In this document: positions 15,001 through 27,000 of the stretch, one piece after another | How positions within the stretch are numbered: position 1 is the first letter of the stretch | Layout of the letters: each line of letters starts with the position of its first letter | Assembly: GCA_964519245.1 (NCBI GenBank) | Contig: CAZFLK010000012.1 | Coordinates: 1 to 63,666, forward strand | Direction of reading: 5' to 3' | Source: an uncultured Verrucomicrobiota bacterium | GTDB taxonomy: Bacteria; Verrucomicrobiota; Verrucomicrobiia; Limisphaerales; JAYPEY01 | DNA length: 63,666 bases | Notes under the pieces: generated by a model | What the model was told of the DNA's origin: nothing | Seen by the model: the letters and a program-made list of their open reading frames with translations, nothing else | Databases searched by the model: none | Program-made: the position numbers and the translations under genes

Positions 15001-18000
15001 GGCGAGGATGTCAATGGCGAGTGGCATTTGCGAATCTACGACGAGGTCGGCACAAGCCTCACCGGAACACTCAAGAGCTGGGATCTCGAATTCGCCTTCG
15101 CGCCCGAAGATCTGGACACGACCGCCATCGGCGACGTCAACGGCGACGGGTTGGAGGATCTCGCCTTCAGCCTCACGCGCTACGATCATCCGAATCCGAC
15201 GCCGACGGATCCGCCCACCACCGCCACGACATTCATCCTGCCCGGCCAGGAAGTCGCGGCGCCGGCCGCCCTTCAGTTGATTCGCGATGGAGGCGCGCTG
15301 GTGTCCGGAACGTCGCTCGGCGGCGGCGCCTACGCCCTCGGCGATCTGAACGGCGATGGTTTCGACGACTTTGCCTTGAGCCGCACCCGCGAGGACAACT
15401 TCCTTGCCCAAGGCGGCTTGCTGGTGTTCCTCGGAACTTCGAAGTATGGCGCCGAGGGCTCAATTGTGCGCCTGACCGACTCGGCCGCGAGCTTCAAGAT
15501 TCGTCAACTCGCCGCCGAGGCCTTTGGCGCCACGACGCTCATCGGCAATCTTTCCGCCACCGCCGGCGACTTCAACGCGGACGGTCAGATGGACCTCGTC
15601 GTGACCCAAGCCTCGGCCCTCCAGACCACGGACTACTCCAATGAACTCAATCCGTCGGTCGTCCTCAGTCAGCAGGAACGCGGCGCGGCCTACATCTTCT
15701 TCTCCATCATGAGCAAGGGCAGCGATCTCACGCTCGCCGACGCCGGCTTCATCGTTGAGGGCGCCGATGAGCACGACCAGCTCGGCGTCCTGTCGCCGGC
15801 GGCCGGCGTTGATCTCGATGGCGACCGCGTCCATGACCTGATCGTCGGCGCCGAATACTCCGAAGGCTTCGTCAGCGGCAATGTCAAGGTGGACGCCGGT
15901 CGCTTACATGTGATGTATGGCGACCACGCGTTGTTCGAGATTCCGCAGGCTTACGCGATCCTTACCAACCGCACGATCAGCGGCAGCGGCGACTTCCTGG
16001 TCAACCTCGGAACCGGCCGGCCTTCGATCTTCCAGGACTCCGACCTCGACGGCGACGGCTTCCCGGATGACACGCGTTATGCGCTGATGTCCGGCGAAAC
16101 CGAACGTTGGTATCGCTTCACCACCCTCGGTGATGGCACGGCCGGCGATTACATCCGTCTCGATCCCGTGTTCGTGGACCGCGAGACCAGGGCTCTGGCG
16201 CCAGTCGACTCTGGCATGTTGGCGGGCGAGGACCCGACCATCACCCTGCTGCCCGACGGCGAAACGCTGGAGATTCGCAGCGCCTTGGGATTGGCCTACA
16301 CCTACTACGAATTCGAGGGCGCGGCGCGGCAGGTGACCTCCTATTATTGGAGTTACGACACCTTCCAGAGTCCGCCGCGCTGGGTCGCGGTGCCCTACAC
16401 CTACACGACAATCGATCTGCCGACGACTCTCGACGCCGCCTTCGCGGCCGGAACGGAGGTCAAGGCGGGGGCCGCGACGCAGGTCGATCTCTCGGTTGCC
16501 CAGCGAAGCAACCAATATGCCGTCCGCTACGAAGGCTACCTCCAGATCACGACGGGCGGCGCATACGACTTCACGCTGAACTCCGACGACGGCAGTCGAC
16601 TCTACCTCGATCTCGACAAAGACGGGACCTTCCAAGCGAACGAGTTGATCGTGAACAATGATGGGATACAGGCGGCCTTGGAGGTGACCTCGGCGTCGCA
16701 CATGCTGGATGCGGACACGGCTTACAAGGTCAAGGTCGAGTACTTCCAGGTTGGCGGCGATGCGGTGTTCGAGTTCACCTACAACGGCCCGGACAACGCC
16801 GCGATCACGGACAAGACCGTCCCGTCCAGCGCCTTTGTCAACACCTTCGCCCAGCGCGTCGGCATCGCCGAATTCGATCTCTCGCCGTATCTTCAGTATC
16901 TCGACGATCCGGAGGCTCTGGAGAGCGTGAAACTGTTCCTGAAGTCCGCGGCCTCGGCGCAGGACTCGCTGCCCACGAATCTGGTCGATATCGCTGTCGT
17001 CGGTTCACAGCTCTTCCTTGTCGGCAACGACACGGCCGCCGCCCAGCCGTATCAGATGTATGTCTCTGACGGAACGCCTTCGGGCACACGCCTGATCGGT
17101 GGGCTGTCCGACCAGCCGAAGCAGTTGGCCGGCGACGGCGACTTTGCCTACTTCGTCATAAAGGACCGCGAGATCTGGCGGACGGGCGGCTCCAGCTTCA
17201 GCCCGATCGACACCTTGGTGAACGGCGACGCCGCAAACCTCACGGGCATTGGCAACAGCCTCTACCTGGTCGAGGTCGTCGCCGGCGACGACAACGACCG
17301 GCTCTGGTTCACCAGCGGCGTCGGCATGCAGCAGGTCCCCACACCGGCCGGAGCCGGCTCGCCGGTCGTCGATCCCGCCGAGTTGACCAAGGGCGCCAAC
17401 GATACGCTTTATTTCGTCGCGGATCATGACGGTGGAACGGCGCTTTTCCGGGCCGATGAGCTCGACGTGACTTTCGTGCGAGGCGACGTCGCCTCCGGCG
17501 CCGACCGTCCGCGCGGGTTGTTCGCCTTCGATGGCGACGTCTATTATGTCGGTGAATCGCAGAGTGAGACCGTCCTGTTCAAGATCTCGGGGACGAGTTC
17601 GGGCTCGATCGGAACCATTGGAGGCTCCGACTTCTACGAGTTCCACGAGGTCGCCATGGCCGGCAATGATCCCAAGGCGGTCTACATCACCGCTTGGAGC
17701 GGGACTCCCGAGAGTCGGACCTCGGTTGGACTCTATCGGTTGACCGCGTCGGATGCCCTGGAGCAGGTCTCCTTCAGCGGCGGCGGCGCGATCCAGACCT
17801 TCACCGATGTCCAAGTCTACAAGAACAAGGTCTATCTCGCGACGACGACCACCGACACCGGCAGCGAGCTGTTCAGGGTCGACGGGCTCAACGCCGCGGT
17901 GGTCAAGAATATCAGGGCTGGCGCGGACGGCTCCAACCCGGCCGAGCTGACCGTGTTCGACAGCCTGCTCTACTTCACCGCCACTTCTGACGGTGCGACG

Positions 18001-21000
18001 ACCAAGCTCTGGCGCAGCAACGGCACGCAAGGGGGCACGACCGAGGTGTCCGGAACGCCGAATGATCCCGCGGGACTGGTGGTCCTCGGCGGTGAAATCT
18101 ACTTTGCCGGAACCAAGACGGCGACCGGCAGGGAACTCTACTACGTGCGGGGCGACACCGACGCCGTCGGGTTCAAGGAAATTCACGCCGGAACAACCAG
18201 CTCCAATCCGATCGATCTGATCGTGGAGGCCGGCGTGTTGATCTTCACGGCCGACGACACGCCTTCGCAGAAGGGGCGGTACGTCTTCGATGGCGATCTT
18301 GCCGGCAGTGATCCGCGTCTGCTGATCGGCGCCAACCCCTCATATAAGGTCGTTGTTCCGGGGCCCAATAATGACTTCACGGTCACCGCGCCAGGCTCAT
18401 CGTCTGAGTATCTCGGAGTCGAGGTGCGCCTGGTCAATGATGTGGCTTCGGGCAGCGAGTCGGTGGTCTACACGGCCGGCTTGAATCCGACCCTTGTAAT
18501 CCACATTGAAGCGGGTGTGACCACCGCCAATGCGCTTGCGACCCTGACCTCGATGCCCGCGGGATGGTCCATCACTGCAGCGGAGGGAGACGGGGCTGCG
18601 AAAGGCACGGGAGTCGTCAATCTGGCGAAGAGCTCAGCCGGAGCCGGCGGCGGCGGCGGCAACGCGTCCGCGACCGTCTCGTTTGCGGGCCCGAACAATG
18701 ATGTGACCTTCACGGCCCTAAACTCCGGCCCGGCCGACAACAACACCGAATTCGTCTTTATCGACACGACCGTTCCAGGCAGCGGCGATGGAGCCGATCG
18801 CCTGACCTATACGGCGGGAGTCAAGGCCAACAAGACGCTTAGCTTCACCAGTGGAGCCTCGCTCGTGGTCACCGCCACCTACTCCGGCGAACTCTACAAC
18901 GGCGTTACGTTCAAGACCGTGAAGGACGCTGCAAACATCTCGAATGACACCGCATTGGTGGATCAAACGGCTACAATGGGAACCTTGGCTGGCGGCAATC
19001 TGACCGTTGTCGTGAAACATGGCTCCAAAACCAAGATGTCCACGATCATCGCGGCAGTGAACCGGGATCTGGCCGCCAATCATGAATTCAGGACCTACTT
19101 CGGACTCTCCTCGTCCAACGTGAAGCAGAAGACCGACGACGCCACGAAGACGGGCTCGACCTCCAACGGAACGAACAGCCGCGTCACGCTGAACATTCAG
19201 AACGGCTTCACTACCGCGAACGCGCTCCGGACGATCGTCAATACGGCCGCCAACTGGCCTGCCAGCGACCAGCGTTTCATGATCGCGAGTGTGACCGCCC
19301 CTGACGGAACAGGCGTCATTCACGACATCGATGACTCCAGCGGAACCAACAACGCCTCGCTCAACCTCGCCGCCGGGGTCGCGTCCAATATCCAGTTCAC
19401 CATCTCCGATGCCGATGCCGCCAAGCTGCTGAGCATCAAGTTCACCATCGGCTCCACGACGGTCGGGCCGATCGATCTTACCTCCGTCACCACCGGGGCC
19501 GGCGTCAAGACCGCGCTAGAAACGCACGCGACGTTCATGGGGGGCAATCCGAGGCTTACGGCGACCTGGGACGACGGAACCAAGAAACTGACCATCACGG
19601 ACGATGGTGTGGACGACTTCAGCGCCATCGCCCTCATCAAGGAGGGCGCCGAGGTTGACAACTCCGTGGCCGTGGCCAACGGAACGGACGCCACGCCCGA
19701 CAAGGTGACCCTGACCGTCGATTCCGCCGCGCTGGCGCCGACCATGGTGTTCAGCATCAAGATCGGAACCGATGCTGTTTCGAACTACACCTTGACCGGC
19801 GTCACCGACCTGGACTCGGTGGCGACCAAGCTCAATGCGGACATGGCGTTTGATGAAAACGGCTCCGGTCTGTTCGCCAAGGTTGACGCCGGCAAGTTGG
19901 TCATTGAAGACCATCAACGCAGGGACCTGAGCATGGCTTCATTGCGGGCCGCGACCGCCATGACCGCCGATACTTACAACGCCGGCGACATGATGACCGC
20001 AGCCACCGCGGTTCTAACCATTGATCCAACCAGGATCGCCGCGAACATGACCGTCCAACTGAAGATCGGCATGAATCCCGTGAAGAGCTATGTGCTGACC
20101 GGTGTCACACCCGGGGACGGCAGCAGCCTCGCCATGACGCTCGGCATGAACGGCATGTTCATGACCGACGGCTTGATGGCGTCGTGGGACATGATGATGA
20201 ATCAGCTCACCATTACGGATGCCGCCCCCGCATCGACTTTGTCGAGCGCCGCCGTCCAAGCTCCGGAGGCGATCACCGCGTCCACTTACGACAACATGGG
20301 CGCGGCGGCGACGGCGGCAACGGCCGTGTTCGACCTGACCGACGCGCAGGTGGCGGCCTTGGCCACCGGACAAATGCTGTTCCACATCGAGATCGATCCG
20401 CCCGTGCCCGCGCCTCCTCCGGGCGGCGCTTCCGCGCCTTCCGACATTGTGATTGATATCTCGGAAACCACCCTCACAGGTTTGACCGGCGGCGCCAGTG
20501 TTGCCGCGATTCTGACAATGAATTCCGCCATCACTGCGTCATACAATGCGACCGCGGACAAGTTGACCATCACCCGGACCAATGGCGATGACTTCAAGAT
20601 GGCCACGGCGTCGCTGAAGACCGTCGAGAAAATCACGGAGCTCGGAGCCAGCAACAAGACCGGAGCTCCGGCGACGGGCACGCTGAAGCCGGGCGGCGCT
20701 ACCGCCAACGACGTCGCCATCACCGCTCAGGACGTCAAGCTGACCAACGAGACGACCAGCCTGGCGCTGGAGGCCTCCATCAACGTGAAGTTCGTCGATG
20801 ACGGGACCATCACCAACAACAATGCGACGGCCACGTATAACAAGACCGCCGCGACGCTGGTGATCAACATCAAGAACGGCGTCACCACCGCCGCCAAGGT
20901 GAAGGCGGCGATTGAAGGCCTGCGCGACGCGGCCACGAATTTGTTGACCTACTCAACGACCACGGCGGCCGTCGGTTCCAACAACATCTTTGTGGCGACC

Positions 21001-24000
21001 AACACGGGAACGGGAACCATTCACACCGCCATGGCCACGGCGACCGGCGCCACCGCCGCCGCTTCGGGGGCCGTGGTCATGAACGCGCCGGATGGCAACA
21101 ATGCGATCCGCTATCAGTTGGCGTCCGGAACCGGCGCCTTCACGATCGAGTATGTGCGCAGCGCGGACGGCATGGTGAGCGTGACCAAGTCGGGATCGGT
21201 CTATGAGATCGCGTTCGTTTCGGGCGTGACGCTGGCCAAGGACATCATTCAGGCCGTCAATGCGGACGGGAAGCTCAGCGCCGAGGACGCCGTTGATTCA
21301 CTGCTGTTCGCCGACATCGATTCCGGGAATTCGTTCACTCTGGCCGGCGACGCCATCACCCTGACCGCGGCGCTGGCCGGAGCTCAGTTCGATGGCGTCG
21401 ATGTCGTGATCGACCCCTCGCTCACCAGCGGCACGGCGGCCGCAAGCATTGACAAGACGGCCGGCGCCGGAGCCTACGTCATCACCGTGACGGTTCGCTC
21501 GGATGGATCCTCCACCACGGCTGAGGTCAAGACGGCGCTGAACAACCTGACCGACTACAACGCCACTGGCGGCGACACCTCGACTGTCGACGGCAGCGCG
21601 ACCAACGACACCACCGGGGTCATTAACGCGAAGGAGGGCGTCACGGTCGATCGACTGGCCGATCTCGACCTCCTTGCCGACACGAATGGAGCCGCATTCA
21701 ACGGCGACTACTACTTCGTGGCGAACAACACCAGGACGAACGGCCCGGACGAGGGCGATACGCTTTGGTTCATCGATGGCTCCTCCGAAGACAAGGTGAA
21801 TCTGGGCGCTGCGAAGACCGCGAGTTCCGACTTTGACATCGAGATCATCGGGGCGACGACAACTCACCTCTACATTCTGCTCGGCGCGAATGGCGCCGGA
21901 GGCGATTCCCGCACGGTCTATACGGTCAGCACGAGCAACATGCTGTCGCAGGTCATGTCCGGCGGCGAGGCGCTTGCACAGGCGTCCAACTTTTCCGCCG
22001 ACGGCGCGAACGCCTGGTTCTCCGCGGTCAAGGCGGACGCTCCGGGCACGGACGGCGTCGAACTCTACCGCTCCTCCTCCGCCAGCGCCGCGACGCTGAT
22101 CGAGGTGGACGCTGACAGCAACGATGACAGCAACCCGATGCGCGCGCTGGTCTCCGGTTCTTTCGCCTACTTTACGGCCGAAGACGATGGGACGCTCGGG
22201 CTGTATCGTGTGTCGACGACCGGAACCTCTGAGGATCTGATCACCGGTCAGGGCATTGTGACCGGTCCGAAGAATCTCACCGCCTTTGGGGACAAGCTGA
22301 TTTTCTCGGTGGCCGACGACGTGTTTATTACCACCGGCAACGGCCTCGAGGTCGATCGATTGATCGATGGGGCCGACCTCGCCGCTGACCCCGATCCGGA
22401 CATCACCGTCACCATGCTCGAGAACTTCACGGTGACGGGCGCCAGCAAGGTCTACTTCACCTCCAACGGCGGCAAGCAGCTCTGGTCGACTACCGGCGTC
22501 ATCGACAACCGGACGCTTGTGGATGTCGGAACTGCGCTTTCCGGCGCCCAGACCTCGGTCGAGAAGATGTTCAATGTGAACGGCAAGCTGTATCTCAAGG
22601 TGAAGACCTCCGGCGACCGCAAGATCTATCACTACGACGGCACATCCACGCTGAACGAGCGTGACAGCTTTGCCGGAGAGTTCGAGCGACTGACCCCGGC
22701 CGGCGACGCCCTGTTCTATGTGAAGAACGGCCAACTCTGGGTGACGGACACGACCACGACCAAGCAGTTGACCGTTGAAGACAATAATGACACCGCGGTC
22801 GGCGTCGACAACGTCACGGCCTTGGCCGCGCTGGCGGACAAGATCTACTTCGGCGCCGACGATGTAAACAACCCGGCCATCGTCGCAGCGCTTCATCGCA
22901 GCGATCCGACTCCGTCCGCCACCGACCGCACAACCAAGCTGCTGGAGGACTTTGGCGGCGGTCTGCTGGCCCCGTTCGTCGTTCATATTCTTAATGGAGA
23001 AGGCGATGGGGTGGTGACGCCGGCTGACGGAACGGCGGCGACGCTCTATTCCTTCGACTCGGATGGTACAACCTCGGAAATCAATCTCACCGGGGCCATG
23101 CGCGACTTCTTCGAACGTGGATGGACGCGCATGACGGTCCGCATCGAGGCCACGACCGCGGAGGGCTTCCAGATTCAGGACTTCACGGGAAGTCGTGATA
23201 CGGGCAGCGTGCTGGAGATTACGCTGGAACAGCAGAGCGGCGTGCTGGCCGATGTCTACACCAACGAGGGGCGTCGCTTCCTCCAGGGGGAAACCCTGAT
23301 CGATCTCCGCAACCTTGAGGGAGGAACCTACTTCATCCGCGTCTACGATCCGTCCGCGGCAATGGGCAGCTCGTCGGTGGCCGACGATCAGGGCTTCGCG
23401 CTCGCCTCGCCGACCGAGGTGGTCGATGTCGCCGGCACGCTGCACTTCCTCTCCGGCGGGAAGCTTTGGCGCACCAGCGGCACGGTCGCCCTCGAGGTGA
23501 TGGACGCCGCGGGCGGCAGCGTCGGCGCCAACGCCTCCAAACTGACCGATGTCAACGGAGTCCTGCACTTCTTCCGGACCAACGGAGCCGCGCGGGAACT
23601 CTGGCGCGTGCTGGACGGCGTCGCCGTGAAGCTGGGCGATCTTTCCGTGGGTGTCGATCCGGCGAATCTGACGGTGGCGGGCGCGCGCCTCTACTTCACC
23701 ATCGGCAACGAGCTTTGGACCGCCAACGAGGATCTGAACGCGGCGACCTCCACCAACAACGCCAGGTTTGAGGTCTCCGTCGATCCGACCAAGATCGCGA
23801 CCACGATGACGTTCCGCCTGACCATTGCGGGAACGCCGACCGGCGCCATCAACCTCACAGGCATCACGGCCATGAATGGGACGTCCTTGGCCGCGGTCCT
23901 GGACGCAGCGTTGACGGCTCTGACGCTGGACGCGACCTGGGACGCCGCCAATAACCAGTTGGACATCGTGGATGCTTCCGGACGCTCGCTGCGTGGCGCG

Positions 24001-27000
24001 GCCTTGTTTGAGACCGGCATGGACGAGACCGCTACTTCCGCGCTTGTCGGAACGCCCTCCTACTCGAAACCCGTCTTCAGCGGCGCGGTGACCATGCTGA
24101 CGGCTACCCTGGCCGACGCCGCGAACTTCGAGGCCGTGGGCGACCGGCTCTACTTCACGCAGGGCATTCCGTCCTCGAGTCTGTTGTATTACACCGACGG
24201 CGGCGCGGTCATGCAGACCTCGGCGGCGGACATGTTCCCCGGCGCGCAGCCTGGCTCGGGCGCCGCCAACATCGGCGGTTTCGTCTACTACCTGGTTGAC
24301 AACGGCGCTTCGAACCGCGTCGAGCTCTGGCGCACGAAACTTGACGCCGCCGCCAACCAGGACGGCACATCGGGCACGCTGGTCAAGGAGCTTCCGGTGA
24401 ACACCGATACGCCCGATCTGCTCGGCGCCGCCAACGGCCTGCTCTACTTCACGGTCAATCAGGGCGCCTCGGTCTTCCTCTGGCAGACCGATGGAACGGC
24501 CGCGGGAACGCGCCTGATCGTTGGGCTGCCCGGGGCGGCGGACCTCCTTTCGGTCGACGATCAGTTCAAGATCCGCCTCGTGCACGATCCCAGTCTCATG
24601 CACGTCTCCGCGACCGTGGACACCAATGTGGTTGCGACTTTCGCCAATGGAACGCTGACCGTGGTCGCGAATATCGACACGGTGGAGACCCAGGATATCG
24701 CGGCCGCGGTGAATTCGCTCTTCGGATTCACCGTTGATCTGGACTCGAATGGAACGTTGCCGAGGGACGGGGTGACGACCGGGCTGCTGACCGGCGGCGA
24801 AGACGCGGTCTACTCCTCCATCGCCGTCTCGCCCGCGGGCGCCGACAACGATTTCGTCATTCGCGCCGTCGTCGACGGTCCGGATTGGGACGGCGCCCTG
24901 CTCGACTTCGTCGATGATGACAATCTGGCGGCGGGAGAAGCGGTTGCGGATCACGTGGTGGTCACCGACCAGAACGGCGCCGTTGTCAGTCGCACGATTG
25001 TTGTCCGCTTCAATGATACGACGACCGCTTCCGCAATCGTCGCCGCGGTGAACGATCTGGACGATTGGAACGCCGCGCTCGTCACGGACGAGAGCGGCGC
25101 GGGAACAGTGGCGATCGCGGATGAAGGGATGCTCACGCGGACCGCGGGCGTGCGCGGCGTGGCCTCCACCGCGAGGCTCGTGATCCCCGGCGCGAACAAT
25201 GACCTCTTGTTTAGCAGCGACCGTCTGGTCGGCGGCATGGCTGACAACGTGGTCAGGGTGAACATCATCGACACCGGCGCGATCTCCACCGGCTTGGCAA
25301 CGGCCAAGTATGACGACACGAACAAGATCCTGACGGTTGATATTCAGGGCGGCGTGACAACGGCCAATGAGGTCGTGGCGACGCTGTTTGCCGTGCCTGG
25401 TTTCTCCGCGGAACTCGACAAATACGACGAGGTGGAGAACGACGGCAAAGGAGCTGTCCGGATGGCGAATCTCGTGCCGGAGGTGGGAAGCTGGACGCTC
25501 GGCGACGCCCATACGGTCACAATCACCCGCGCCACGTTCTACTTCTCCGTCAACAATGGCGGCACGGCCGAATTGTGGCGTGCGATCGAGGACACCGCCC
25601 AGCGGGTCACGACCTCGCCGTCCGGAGCTGTCAGCCATCTCACCAACGTCAATGGCGACCTCTACTTCGTAGGCAACAACGCGAAGGCTCCGAGCCTCTG
25701 GCGCTCCTCGACGGATGCGCTCGGCAACATCACCTACAGTCAGGTCAGCTCGCTGCCGGGAGCGGTCGACAAGGTCTTGGGCGTTGGCGAGCGGATCTAC
25801 CTGGTGATCAACCGGCCGACCCCGGAACGGCCGATGAATTCGGATCTTTGGGTGAGTTATGTCGCAGCGGACGGCTCCCAGCTCACGCGCTACCTCCGCA
25901 GCTTTGGCGGGCCCGTCAATGAGTTGGCGGCCATGGAAACCACCACGTATGTGACCATCGGCAGCCGCACGACCGAACGCACCGCGCGGATCGACGGCGT
26001 GCTGTTCCTGTCGGCCCAGGACAGCGCCGGCGGATCCCAACTGTGGCGAATTCTCGACAACACCGAGCAATACACCGCCAAACTCCTGCTGGCCGACAGC
26101 TCGCCGACCGGCATCGGAAACCTGACCGTCGTCGACAACACCCTCTATGCCCAGGTGGGCAGTTCCGAGATCCAGCGCGTCACCGCCACCAGTGAGGTTG
26201 CCACCCAGTTCCATTCCGGCACGGCGGTCGATCAACTGACCGCCTCCGGCGGCGCGCTCTATTACCGCACCGGCGGCTCGGAACTCCGCCGCGCGGGCGT
26301 GCTGAACGGAAACCTCTTCTACAACATCGACACTTGGGCTCCGTTCGCCGGCGCCGCCCACTCGCAGTCCGATCGCGATTCCATCACGGGCGGCGAAGGC
26401 GCCGATATTATCATCGGCAATGGCGACCGCGACTACCTGTACGGCGGCAGCGGCGAAGACTTCTTCATTGGAGAACCCTATGAAATTCGCGATCGCGGAG
26501 TTGGCGAGAACAGGGTGGATCCGAATCAGTCTGAATTCTCAGTGATACAGCCGCGGCCGATCGATCCGGAGGTCTACATCTTCGATGCAGGGCTGCGCGC
26601 GGCTTTGGCGCGGGCGCTGGATATCGCGACCACCACCGGCTTCGACGGCAACCTCGTTACCCATGGCCGACTCTTCGCCAGCGAGTTGTTCATCCTCACG
26701 CAGTTGAACGCCGCCAACCTCGGGATCGGCGACCTACGCGGACTGCGCTTCGCCAGCAACCTCGAAACCTTGAACCTTAGCGGGAATCCCGTCACCAACC
26801 TGGATGAGCTGATCCCGGCCTTGGATGCCGTGACCGGCGCCTCGGTCGGAATGAAGAACCTGCGCCACCTGGGAATTGATCAATATCGCGCGAACGATCC
26901 GACCAGCGGCGGCTCTGTGGGAACCAAGGCGTCAACCTCCATCTCCTTTGGCGACGGCGTCTTAATCGACGTGACCGCGGCCGCAAACGGAACCGACTAC

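Noticed and set aside
21298-26361. 1687-aa antisense ORF
   Set aside because: Shadow of the giant gene: biased codon use in a high-GC gene leaves few stops on the opposite strand; the translation is Arg/Val/Gly-rich with no motifs.
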